A stretch of DNA of 64,000 nt from Euprymna scolopes (lineage: Eukaryota). The notes below the pieces were generated by a model. It saw only the letters and a program-made list of their open reading frames with translations, was not told the origin of the DNA and ran no database searches. Shown here piece after piece: positions 51,381-64,000 of the stretch. The stretch lies in assembly GCA_053919585.1 (NCBI GenBank), contig CM132820.1; one strand, given 5' to 3'. Position 1 is the first letter of the stretch. Every line of letters begins with the position of its first letter. Position numbers and translations under genes: made by a program.

Positions 51381-52542
51381 GGATCATATTGTATATAAAT
51401 ATGTGTTTCTTAATCTCTCTCTCTCTCTTTCTCTCTCTCTATCTATCTCTCTCTCTACTGCCCATTCTTATATGGCACAGATAATCAATTTTTAAAAAAT
51501 ATCTTGCTCCTTCCACTGTTCGTCTCTATCATTATTATCCTTTCTATGCCCTTCCCCGTCTACATCTATTATTTTGCAAGATAAATCGATTTACTTTCTT
51601 TTATATTGGCTATAATAATCACAGAATCGTAGTATCCCATGATCCCTCTGTAGTGTTCGTTTTTTTCTTTCTTTTTTACTTTGGTTTTTCTCCCTTTACA
51701 TTCTTATGTGCTAGATTTTTCTATTCGGCTAACAAACCTCACCGTTCGTTACGACCGACTAACGAGTGTGATTGGCGTAGGGAGACCTATTAACACTTCA
51801 CCTGGCAATTTGCACTATCTAATCACAAATTTATTTCAAACATTTGACTCCACTTTATCCTCCTTCTCATGCTAATTTGGTAACGAAATAAGCAGAGTGA
51901 AACACACTTAACTTCAGATTACTGAAGTTGAATGATGTTAATCTGGGGGACGATTTTGGAGTAAGCAAAAAATACACCTAGTTAAATAAATACGTATCAG
52001 CCTTGCTTGGGAGTATAGCTGACGACCGTTTGCTAACTTATGTGAATGGTCAAGGAGAGTAGGAAGTAAACTTGGGGTTTATTTTCTGCAGCCTCGGAAC
52101 TCTCGCTTCACTTATATTGTCCTTTTTTCCTCACATTCCATGGGCGATGTCTCTGACGAAGGGAGGAAAATTGGTATTTTCAGAGTCTAAATCTATACAT
52201 GTAATAACTATTGGTGGTTAGTTTTTGATTTTCAAGTAATGTGTTTAGGTCTTAACATCAAGTGGCTTCATCCGCTGTCTTGAGCGATTTCGTTAAAAAA
52301 AACAAACTTATACTTAACACAATAAAACTGCGGATAAACACAGAGCCTAACATACAAAATAACTTCCTCTCCTCTTTATCTTTGTCCTCCTCCTCCTCCT
52401 ACTACTACTTCTTAGTTATCTGTAGCCACTTCTAAATTTAAATTTAAAAAACGAAAACAGATATTACGTTTCTAATCTTTTAGATGATTATTCGAATAAT
52501 TTAGATTCTTCGAACGACTGTTCTCATCTTGAGTGTCATTTT

Positions 52543-52584
52543 CACAACATTTCAGTCGATGTAACCTCTGGATTTCTTCAGGTG
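52543..52584 (-). ncRNA. Degenerate family H3 hammerhead motif; another at 19873-19912 (-)
   Basis: cac-CTGAAGAa-atccagaggttacatcgact-GAAA-tg-TT-gtg; shares gaggttacatcg with 33256-33293. Confidence 0.55.
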
Positions 52585-53777
52585 TATTTTGAATTTTGAA
52601 GAATCTGCACGGAATTTCGAACGAAATCCTTTGTTTAATCCGCGGTGCAATAAGTCATACGTAGTTGATGAAGTGTATGGTAAAATTCAGTTGTAAAGTT
52701 ACATTCTTTTTGAAGTCGGAGGTTCAATCCTCAGTTCGGGCGACACCTATGACGTCTACTGAGTCATGGCTGATAACAAGAGCATACTACTCGCGTGGAC
52801 TAAATAAAGTGTCATGTGCGAATTTGTGTATATATTTCAGAATTCAACAGAAAGATTTTACAGTTCGATTGGTTACAACTGAAAAAGTGTAGCGTTACAT
52901 ACGTTTTAACATGTACGGACCCAACACGTTGCAGACACCGTCGCAAGAAAAGAAAGTTGATAAAAACTCCACTTACTTTTTTTTTCGGTGTAAACAACGA
53001 TATTTATCTCCGGGTACTTTCGCGAATAAAGCCTTGCATCTTATTCAGAACTGTTGTTTTCGGCCTACACTGCTATCTCTGTCTTCCTGAAAATGATTCT
53101 TATTATCGTTCTGTGCACATTCTTTTCATAACCTTTTGTCTTTTTCCTTGCCGTGACGTCACTTCGTACACGGCTGGTTCATTTGCATACCGCTGCTACA
53201 CACGCACCCGCGCTCTGTTACAGAAGGTCAGATGATGAGAAGAGTAATAAGAATAATCCAAATAATACGATTAAAAAATATATAAAAATATGTGTTGGAA
53301 TGTCGCCATTTTTACAAAAACTATAGCATATATAAATAAATTATGCTTATTCTTCTGTTATGTCCCTATTCAAATGAGAAAAAAATATTATAGCCGATCT
53401 TTTATCGAATGATATCTTCCCTGCTTGGTGAATATAGACTGACGTTAGGTCACATGTGCGTATAATGCCATCTCAATTAATCAATTAACTTTATTGACAA
53501 CCTGTAGCAATAAGACATCTATATACAGACTCGATGTTTGTCCAGGAGCCACTGTAAACCTCAATATAATAGGCGTTACTTTGACTTATTCTTGCAGGCA
53601 GTTCAAGAGAGCAAAATCACGGATAGAGAATGCTGCCTGTATAACACGATCAGCCGGTCACTGGCGTTTGACTGGCTTCACGTGTTACACTAAATGTCTT
53701 AGAAGCGGTCTCACGAAGATGTGAAGATGGCCAGTCATTAGGATCTGTGTATCAAGAAGAAAATTATACCTGTTATA

Positions 53778-53848
<71 letters not shown>

Positions 53849-56499
53849 GTTTACAAATACAGTGGTTAAACCACTCCGTACAATCAACGACTTTTCTTAA
53901 TCTGTGAATTAATCTTGCACGCTTTTCTTTTTATTGGTGGGGTCGTGGCGAAACGGGGAGTCACGGAGAGGGGGGTCGATTTACTCGTCGATAATTCGAC
54001 CGATTCTTCAGCTCGAGAATTCTACACACAATCTCTGTTTTGCGGCTCCGCTCTCGTTTATATATATCGGGGTAAGGTAAGCTGGGTAGTTTCTGCGACT
54101 AATCACCCACGACAATGTCAACTTCTGGCATATTTCGATTCCTTTCTTCAGAAAGTGGGGATTATTCCACAAATTGCACTTGCGAACATGCAAGCGGTTT
54201 TCTCATGACCCTTTGGGCACGTCTGTAACCTTAGGTCGGGGTAACTGTACTCAAATCTAAACATCTCTTCTCTAAACCTGTAGTCATCACTAATTTGCCC
54301 TGACTCACAAAATGTTTTCGTACAGCTCTCAAAATTATACTGTTTGTCGATTTGTTAAATAAAATCGATTATTTTTTCCACTGAATTTTGAATTTTAGAT
54401 TCCTTTTTGGGGAGCTCACCCCCGGACGGTCATATCACAGTTATACACTGAGTGTATATAGTGTGTCTACAGACACCAAGCATGCCTCTTTAAATATATG
54501 TATAGCCTTTAAATGCGTGTCTATTAAATATCTGCATAATCAAGTCTCTTAATGTATGTACAATATTTCGAACAGTATTGCCATTTATCAATGCGTGTCT
54601 TTATAAATGTATTTAAAATACATACTTCATTTGTCTTGCGTGAGTGCATGTGTACATTAAAATTCAATAGTTATTAAGTCACGTATGTATAAACATCCCT
54701 GTCTCCGTGGTGTATACAGAAAAGCAACACACTTCATTTTATAGTTTACTTCTCTTCTGGTGGTTGGCACTTTCATCTGCAACAGTAAATCCTTACTTCC
54801 ACCGAAGCAGTAAAGCCAGAACAACTTCTTTATATATATTTTCTGTAGCTTTATTTTTATTCTACATTAGTTCGGAGTATCATCTGTCACGTTGTTTTCC
54901 CGAATGACATTTCTACACACTGCTTTGATTACGCTTCCAATCTCCAACACTAGTGTTTAAACACGTGTTTAAACAAGAATAGAAAGTAAGTTTACTTTCA
55001 GCAACTTCTTTGCTCTCATTTTCTTTTATTTCTTCCTAAATTTCTCTCGGACCATCGGTGATGTTTTTGAACAAGCATTAGCCATAGACGAGTTGAACCG
55101 GCTTATCTCGGAGGTAGAAGTTTCAAGGGAATATTAGGTTCACAGGCAGTCTCCAGTTGCATTTATATCCCAACCAAGGGTAATGACAACGTTAGGATTT
55201 TACAGTTTTTGCAGGGAAGTATCGACGTGTTTCTACATACAGCTCTCAATATTTCCAAATGGTCATTCATCTGGTACTAGCCAGGCTCACCGTTGCTTAA
55301 CTTGAGTGATATAACTGTTGCATGTTTGTCTTTGTGACCTATTTGGGTTTGTGATGTATATATACTTGTTTGGATCTTGGTGTTTGAATGCATATACGTG
55401 TCACTAAATGTCTGTTGGTTCTACACTAGTTGGACCATATGTTGTCTCGGTTACATATATCTGTCACAGTCTATTTCACGGCCCGATTAGTCTCGTCTAA
55501 GGTGTGTTGATGCGTACGTGTGTGTCAGACATGTATTTACGACATCCCTTTTTAAGTGCGTCGTGCCCCCTGTCTTTTGGTTTGCCTAAGAATTGAATCT
55601 GTTCTTAGATGGAGCTAGAACCTGTTGGACGAAGACGTTTCAAACGATCCAAGACGATGATTGATTTCATATAAAGATTTTATTTCGCTTCTCCGGTGCC
55701 GTTAAGAAGGATGGAAAATGAGTATCTCTGGCCTTTGGGTTTCTCTAGTCTCCACGTTGAGACACGTCACTCCCCTCTCAAGGGAGGTGGAAGACGATCC
55801 GTTAACCCATCCGCTCTGTTTGATGTTTGGAACCCAACTCAACACAATGTCCAGTAAACTGGAACACGTAACAAACGACACATCAACTTCCAGTCAGCAC
55901 TTCAGACATTCCGTTTGTACAAGGTTTGACATATTTTGATAAACTTATCAAAACATAGTTCATATCCTTTGTTTACTGCGCCAGTTAGAAAGATTGATAT
56001 ATAGATCGATGGATCAATAGATAGATAGATCGAGAGATCAATAGATAGATCGATCGATAGATAAACAGACAAATAGATAAATACGCTGATAATTAAATAA
56101 ACTGATAGATAGACCAATTTCTCTTCTATTCGACCAGCTATATAACATAACGAGAACAGGTGTGTCAACGTGTTTATGCCGTATTTCTTGCAAAAGGGAA
56201 AGAAATATTGTTTTCTGATATTTTTTATACATCTAACACTCATTGTTGGCTAGGTTTTGACTTTGAAGTAATGTTTTTTGATCTCCTAACATTAAGTGGC
56301 TCCATGCCTTGTCTGAAGCGACTTCTATAAAATATAATCGAACGTAGTAGAATTAGCATGAATCACGAGAGAGCGAGAGCAATACGTGATAACCAATTGA
56401 GAGATCGAAAACTTCTTCAATTAATTGCAAATTACATCGCATTAGATAGATTAAAAAGGGAACTCTTTTTAATGTAAACTCAATCCCAGAAAGAAGGAA

Positions 56500-57062
56500 T
56501 CTTTTCGTCAGTCTGTCACACTTAAGTGTTAGAAAAAACTTATTTAATCTGTGATCCTTAATTAAAAATAGCATCTGTGTTGGCCTATCAAGCTTAAGTT
56601 TGGACTATTATTTTCATCTGTTTTCAGGCTAAAATTTGAAATGCCATTTTCGTCCGCATGCCACGCTTAATTTGAAAGAGCATTTTTTTTTGGGGGGGGA
56701 GGGCTTGCCAGACTTCAATTCAAAATAAAACTTTTGCTGCGTTATCATTCTTAAGTCTGAAACACTATTTTCTTTCTATATCATGCTTGAGTAAAAAACA
56801 ACAACATTTTTCTTTGTTTGTAGCGCTTAAGTTTTAAATAAAAATTTTCTGGATCTCTTACTATCATATTGTTCGGTTTGTCACGCTTAAGTGTGAAATA
56901 TAGTTTTTGTTGCTCAGTCGTGCTTTGTTTTGAAATACCAATTTTGTCGATCTGTTACCCTAAAGTTTCAAATATCATTTTCGTTGGTCTATCACGCCCA
57001 GGTTTGAAATATCAATTTTGCCGGCCTGTTTAAAGTAGCATTTTTATCACTAAACGCTTAGA
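56500..57062. repeat. Degenerate ~35-40-bp tandem repeat
   Basis: Recurring ttttcgtcggtctgtcacgcttaagtttgaaata. Confidence 0.65.
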
Positions 57063-57739
57063 GTTAATTAATGCATCTTAAAAATGGCTTTGTTCTTGTA
57101 ACATTTTAAAAATAATTTATAAGGAAAAAGTCTGGGAGTATGATTTTTACTTTCGATGCGTAAGTTGATGGTTCTCGGCCTAGAACATTAACCGTTGCGC
57201 CAGTAGAACTTCCAATTTGATGAGTTGTTCATTAATGCGGCTTCAATGGTCATTTTTTCAACGCGACAACATTTGCCAACCAGCGTAACAGTTTCCTTTG
57301 GCATAACTCTTATTAGTGGACAACGCCAATGTACAAACACTACATAAATATAGATTGTCGCATGTTCACAGGCCATTATGCTTTCCGGACCTCTTTGATG
57401 GCCAGGGAAATCTCAGTTTAATTTCTCTGTTTTATACGTAGAGCGACTCTCTCTCGAGAGAAGGGTCTATACGTTCCAGCTAAAAGAAACAAACTACAAT
57501 CGACCGCACCGACTCTTTGATAAATATTTATTGCCATATTGGGTATAGGGCTACGGTGAGTAGATAGTGTTTCAATTAACCAGCGATAAGGTGGTGGTAT
57601 TTAAATACGAGGCCAACCATTCGGATATATCGGTTCAGGTTAATAGATCCTTTTCGAAATTCACCATATTTGGCATGTGAAACGGTTTCCCACTAGTAAT
57701 TGTTCTATCACGGTTTGATTAACTATGAGTCATTCCAAA

Positions 57740-58640
57740 AGTAAGGTTTCGTATTTTTAACTTAAAAACTATAACGTTGAAGAGCTACGAAGACAGAAGT
57801 GGTACCATTGAATTTGAGCGAGCTTTTTGCGCTCCAGAATTTATTTTTCTATATAGCCGATACCCTTACATTCTCAATGCGCTTTTTTGCCAGCCTCTTT
57901 TTTTTATTATTAAATTTTCACCCCAAACAAGGCACATTGCCACTTTGTATAGGGGGCTACTATCAATGACATAACCAACAGGGGTACTATGTGGGGAGTT
58001 GGGCAGCAAGAGGTCGGCTCACGTTACACTTGAACTTCTGCATGTAAGTATAGTTGGGGAAGCAGGAACCCGGAAAGGAATTCTAAAGTCTAGCGGTTCT
58101 AAGGAAGAAACTACTGGAGTTGAAGGCTCTCTTACATCTGGGATCTCTACTGTGAAGGGGTGGGGTTTAGCTGCTTATCGAGTTTGTCGGGGATATTTAA
58201 GTGGAGGGGGTACGAGTGCTTGCAGTTCCTCGGAGCATTCACCGTTAAAGTACTTGTAGAACAAGCAGAGGGATGCTATATTTTGTCGATGGGACAGAGG
58301 CTGAAGCTTAGATGAGAGTTCAGGAACTATCAGGTTGGCGACTCTCTTTTGAACCTTGTCTAGGAGCGAGAGACTAATAGCAGATGATGCCTCGGTCGTA
58401 AATAACCGATGAACGCTTTGTCACTCACCTCGCTATCTCAACTCTGAAAGCAACAAACTCATCTCCTAAATGTGCTGACAGTAACTGCATCGGCTCTGTA
58501 AACATAACGCAGGCGCAGGTGAATGTTGATCGATTCAATTTTTTTCCCTGCATGGAGGAACTCAGTGACGTATCTCTGCTTCTGACGCATGACCATGAGA
58601 TGGGGTTCTTTCTTAGAATCTCACACCGTCAATATCTGCA
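57740..58640 (-). mobile_element. Mariner-like relic (same family as 15271) split by a LINE
   Basis: ctccagaattta..cattctcaatgc.cttt and ccatga..gggg..ctttcttaga..tcacaccgtcaata.ctgc are both shared with 15379-15502. Confidence 0.6.
57897..58390 (-). mobile_element. 5'-truncated CR1-group LINE (same subfamily as 11440)
   Basis: Colinear with 11440-11890; poly-T at the left end. Confidence 0.9.
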
Positions 58641-59161
58641 ACAAAAATGAAATTTTCAGGTCATAAATGCATAAGTTCAGTCATTATAAAAATGGAATTT
58701 GCAATCTCCGCTGGTCCATTCGAGGCATTAATTTATTAACGTTCCATATATATAATACTAGTGCTATATATAAGCATTTGATAAAAAAACATAGCTGCCC
58801 CCCTCAATCTTAGAAATGTCCTCGTTGACAACATAAAAATGATACATGTAAATAATAGAAAAAAAAAGTAAAAATTCTGGGAGCGTCATATATTAGAACC
58901 CTTCGACTCATTATAAATGACAATGCATTCGAGAAAAGCAGCAACGTTCTAATATGTCTTGTGTAGTTCACAGTGGACGGACTTTGTTTACAGTGTCCAC
59001 GAACTAGCTGATTTCAATTCTAGAATTTTTAATCGACTTATATTTTTGATCGACTTTTCATCAACTCTATACATTTTAATTTAGCATCGCCTAACGCCGT
59101 TTACGGTATATTTTAGTTTTCACTTGTAATTCTCATTTTCACTCCTTCGTACTTTTACTTC

Positions 59162-59205
59162 AACACCTGAAGATGATTCCTGGATGAATCGAAAGCGCTT
59201 ATGAC
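59162..59205 (+). ncRNA. Penelope-type minimal hammerhead motif
   Basis: CTGAAGAt-gattc(ctggat)gaatc-GAAA-gcgc-TT; palindrome aagcgctt; helix I degraded. Confidence 0.6.
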
Positions 59206-59516
59206 AACAACAATTATGGAACTTTTATTAATGTTTCGATTTGGATATAAAAAAGATTATACAGAAAATCGAAAAAAAAGAAAGAATCATAAAGCAAAGA
59301 GTCTCCGTTNNNNNNNNNNNNNNNNNNNNNNNNNNNNNNNNNNNNNNNNNNNNNNNNNNNNNNNNNNNNNNNNNNNNNNNNNNNNNNNNNNNNNNNNNNN
59401 NNNNNNNNNNNNNNNNNNNNNNNNNNNNNNNNNNNNNNNNNNNNNNNNNNNNNNNNNNNNNNNGATGCTAAATTTATATTATTTATAATATTTGCTTGAA
59501 TCTATCTATCTATCTA

Positions 59517-59557
<41 letters not shown>

Positions 59558-59593
59558 TTCATAGCCTTTTGAAAGGATGCTAAATTTATATTA

Positions 59594-60011
59594 TCTATAT
59601 ATATATAAAAGTGAAAGTGTCTGTGTGTGTCTGTGTGTCTGTGTACATTTCCCTACGCAATAACTCTGTCAATTTTAAGCCTACAGATTGGAAATTTGAT
59701 ATACAGGGTACTGAGATTTTGAAAAATCGATGTGATTAGTTGTCGGACAGAAATGTTGGAATTAAGAGGTCAAAGTTCAACGATTTGACTTTTGAAAACT
59801 CTACCAAACTCCTCCTACAATTTTGGGTCTAAACACGTGAAATATTAGATATAGGTTTCTTGGACATGGATCTAACTTAATAAGTTTATTTGAGCCCTAA
59901 ACTATAAATTTTAAGGGGTCATAATAGAGGTCAAAGTTAAAAAAATTGACCTTTTTTTTTGCTCAGCATACACCTCAAAACACCCGGGCAACGCTGGGCA
60001 CCCATTGCTAG
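59594..60011 (+). mobile_element. Family D Helitron with exactly defined ends
   Basis: A|TC...cccgggcaacgctggg..CTAG|T; empty site visible at 59464-59505. Confidence 0.92.
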
Positions 60012-61555
60012 TTTATAATATTTGCTTGAGTCTATGCATGTATATATTATATATACTTCATAGCCTTTCGAAACGATGCTAAATTTATTATAAATAAAAA
60101 ATTATAATGGGCAAAAATATTTGTATAAATAGAAATGCATTGAAATATTTCCGATTAGTAAATCACAGGTATTTTAATGTTGACCATATTCCGTTTACGA
60201 ATTTTTGAGAACCTGTAGTGCAGCGGTTATAGTAATAAGAAAAATGAATTGTAAACGTTATATTCTCCTTAAGGTTAAAGGTTCAATTCTCAGTGTGGGC
60301 AGCGGAAAAAATCCAATGCGAATTAATTAAAACCTCTGTTCAGGCACTGCTGATGGAAGGAGAGCATACTAACTCCGTGAATTAAATATTAAAATGACAT
60401 TTAAGATGAGAACCAAGAAAAGCAAATAATACGGACCATATTTCTCGCGCAAGAAAGGCCAATTTTTAGAGCTTTTATAGTTTTTTCTATTAAATATTTT
60501 CTTTGTGGGTTGCTTGCGTTGGTTAATTAGTTTGAAAAATAACTTTTATTGGTAAATGTGATTCTCAAAAAACGTATTACTTTACCATGATTTTTTATAC
60601 TTGTTTAAATGCGTGTACTCACTTGCCGTGATCATCTCTTTCGTTGTGCCAGTCCAAATTTGTTAGTTCTCTTAGCGCTGAAGTGAAGATTCCTTATCCT
60701 AACGCTAACTAGACGCCTCGTTTATAAACAAATACATACAATATATTTTTGTCGTTTACAAATGGTGCCGTTTACTTAGGTGATGATAAACTTGCAGCAG
60801 AGACTCTTTTCCCGACTAGACCAACACACATGTCCCATTACAAGAGCACTTATCCGAGATCCCCGAAGGAACTCAATACTCATTCACTCAGACTGTCTGT
60901 AATTCTCCCCAGAACCAACCCCATAAAACATTCCACTCCCACTCTTTTTCCTTCCCCGGGGTATTTCACGTCTGCCTGGTTCTGGGATTTTGTTCGTGGT
61001 TATTGTTCAGCCGCCCAGAAGATAAATTTACTAAAGATAACATCGAACCAATCTATAGGCATTGTTTCTCACATAAAGTTGATCTCAGCAGTGTAACGTT
61101 GTCCGGGAAACAACGCACGTTGTGTCCAGTTTTTTGTCGCGAAAATGGCAAAGACAAAGAATAGGAAATATCTCTAACTCGCTTGTTCTTTGTCGTAACA
61201 ACAGTTATTCCCTTATTCTCTCTTTACCGCGTGTTCGTCTTCTCGAGCGGGCTTCATGCCTGGCACGTGATCGCGAACGTTATCTACGTTTCTCTCATGG
61301 CTGTTTGTTTTTCTCCTGTTTGTGGTCTTTTTTCTTTACCGGTGACGTCATTTCCCATGTATTTATGTCCGCGCGTTCGCGCTATGTCACTGCGGGACTC
61401 TTTCCTTAAATGAGCCACTTAGTTTGCTAAAGAAAGGGAATATCACTTCGTTGGTCTTACTGGCCAGAGATATTTTCAGCTTTGTGTGCCCCGTCTTCTA
61501 ATGCATGGACTAGCAAAGCATGCGCATCACATAGCAGTTTACATATTAAATTTCA

Positions 61556-61730
61556 TTAAGTGCAACGTGAACCGACATCTTGCTGCCCAAATCCCTACAT
61601 AGTACCCCAGTTGTTGTTGCCCCTGATAGTAGGCCCCTACACCAAAGTGGCAATGTGTATTGTTTGGGGTGAAAATGTAATAAAAAATATATTAAAAAAA
61701 TTAAAAAAAATTTTTTTGATAAAAAAAAAT
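61556..61730 (+). mobile_element. Short CR1-group LINE 3' end
   Basis: KCNVNRHL..*, ccctgatagt..aaagtggcaatgtgtattgtttggggtgaaaa and an A-rich tail. Confidence 0.8.
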
Positions 61731-62549
61731 AATGCGTATTTCTAAATTTTTCGTGCAGGTTAGAAACACATTTTCACAAATATCGGATCTGATCATTTTA
61801 TTAATGTTGTTTTTCTATTGTATTTAAAAGAATAACAATGCATTTATTCATGAAAATATAACGGAATGTTTTTATTGTCACTGACGGTGATTGATAGTTG
61901 CTTGTTAAAAGCGAGATTCAAGCATAGGAATTCGACAGATCGATTCCTCACAGGTCGTAATCGTTTGCCAATCCCGACATTGTATTCGATTGTTATAATA
62001 TAACTATTAGTTATAATCTAAAACGCTCCCTTGTAACGACATTGTTAATGTAGCCACACTACAAAGGAGTTTTATTGAGTCATTTCGGTTTCACTGAATT
62101 TACCTGACATTGTTCTGGCTTGATTTCGCCTGTGTAAACCTTTCACCAAACATGACCTGTCGAATATCACTTAATGTACCTTTTTTTTGATCAAGCTAAT
62201 TTGGTTTGACTTGATTGAACATGTGTAAATATTTTTCTGAACATGGTTAAGTTTGTTGCTCCTTCTCATGCATGCATCTGTTGTCAGGTTCGTAGTTTTT
62301 ATGAAAATAACGTTTTGGTACATTTGATAATTATTTCATGTCGTTTCTTTCATTTACTGTCACGTGCATACCATTATAAGGATGATTTCTTGGTACACAC
62401 ACTGCCTAGATAGTTGACATAAATATGGAGACGAAGCATGTCCTCCTTTAATTTTCATATACAAATGTGAACGCCAAATATTTGTTCAACAACAAAGATT
62501 CAAACAAAAAAAAAACTTCAAGTATCCGGTTTAAATAGAACTAACGACC

Positions 62550-62740
62550 CAACGCGGGACGACTATACGATCCCCTGCGGTCGCCATTTTCTCCCATTAC
62601 CTTACAATGAAATAAATATAAACGAAAGCATAGACAAAATAGAAAAAAGTAAACGAGAGAACAATCTATCGCCATCTTTGTGTAAGCAATGTTAGCAATA
62701 ATGGCGTCGCCTCGGTGTGCGCCTGCGTGGGAAAAACATA
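62550..62740 (-). promoter_or_regulatory. Candidate CpG-rich promoter or first-exon region
   Basis: YY1-like AAAATGGCG (62582-62590 -) and AAGATGGCG (62670-62678 -); NRF1-like tgcgcctgcg (~62718-62727). Confidence 0.3.
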
Positions 62741-64000
62741 GTCATTAGAGAAATCAAATTGTCTGGCTGCCAAGGGAGACAATATTCTACGTATCAGTTT
62801 TATATATTCAAATATACATCTGTTATGGTTCTCACATTTATGGTGTATAAGTTCAATGCAAAACAATTATTGCTTAACAAAAGGTAAAGTACAAAAAATA
62901 AAATATATAGATCTATGTTTACATATGCATANNNNNNNNNNNNNNNNNNNNNNNNNNNNNNNNNNNNNNNNNNNNNNNNNNNNNNNNNNNNNNNNNNNNN
63001 NNNNNNNNNNNNNNNNNNNNNNNNNNNNNNNNNNNNNNNNNNNNNNNNNNNNNNNNNNNNNNNNNNNNCCACATTTTTGATATAACTGCTAATCTCAGCC
63101 GGTGCAATGCCTGCCACAACACAAAGCAGAAAATACATCTCAGGTTTAACATCAGCTTTCCTTCTCCTAGATTTATGTCTTAACAAAGGCTGAGGGTGCC
63201 TCTCTCTCTCAGTTGATTGAACGCTCCTACAGATACCAACTTGCAAATTTCAATGTCCAGACACGGCAAACAGAGCACCTAGAATTCTCAAATGTCTAGC
63301 CATGTTGTATTGGAAAAGCTCATCGTTGCTTAACTTCGATTATACCCACTCGTCCGACACGCATCGCCATATCGACGAGTTACCCACATTCACACACGCC
63401 TGACCCGCATCGCCCTGGCGACGAGTAACCCAAATTTTACCCTGGGTTTCCCTTCCTTTACTTTTATTCCCACCCCCTTCCTCACAGCTTTCTGCTTTTC
63501 CTTTGTTTAATTCAGTCTCAACTCTCCACTCAGCCAAATGGAAGCGTTTTTAGCTTCAACTTCTTGGAATCCTTACTCTTTGACGATTTACTTTTAATTT
63601 TTCAACCATTGAAACGGACACAGGCCGCTTAATTACCGGCAAATTTTTACCCTTTTCTACACCGGACATCCTTAAATACGGTTAGTCACCTTTTGGTAAC
63701 TTTAAACCATGAATGAACTTTCCACATGAGCCGTTTTAGTGTTTCACATATTTACAACTTATGTTTTTAAGTTTTGTGGTTACAAATTATAAAACTTTAA
63801 GTTTCAACCTGTGCAGCTACCAGCAAATACATAAAGATATTTCGCTAATAATTTCCTCTGAAAAAGTTAGTGTAAAGAGTTTATGAAATGGAGAAAAATT
63901 GAAAAATTAAAACGGTAAAATAAAGGATATGCAGTTGTTAGGTTCTTCTAAAAAGCGAATTGGTCATAGCATAGGATCCAATGTTCCCATAAGATGTAGC

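Noticed and set aside
53494-53724. ORF with sushi/CCP-like cysteine spacing (TYSC..C..GHW..C)
   Set aside because: No convincing donor site, and alternative frames on both strands look equally exon-like
55413-56238. Possible solo LTR (TGTTGG...CTAACA)
   Set aside because: No TSD and no second copy in the window

Overview
AT-rich, microsatellite-laden, gapped (N-runs) eukaryotic scaffold from an invertebrate. An interstitial (TTAGGG)n tract argues against a typical TTAGG arthropod. The window is almost entirely decayed mobile DNA: a deleted Ty3/Gypsy element plus related LTR-like copies, at least 6 CR1-group LINE fragments, RTE fragments, Tc1, DD37D/DD41D-type and mariner relics, MITEs, a Pif1-helicase Helitron and about 15 non-autonomous Helitrons, 5S- and tRNA-derived SINE heads, and several satellites. 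No intact host gene is recognisable; there are only weak exon and promoter candidates. The ORF track misses a dense layer of non-coding RNA-based elements. About ten intact or decayed minimal type-I hammerhead ribozyme motifs occur in at least four sequence families, most with a palindromic (dimerising) helix III. Two families place the ribozyme directly behind a tRNA-derived Pol III promoter. Two loci (33.2-33.8 kb and 35.3-36.0 kb) share a fold-back design: long inverted arms, a short spacer and an outward-reading ribozyme in each arm. There is also a 223-bp, TSD-flanked retroposon with a U2 snRNA-like head. All calls were read by eye; no database search was run.
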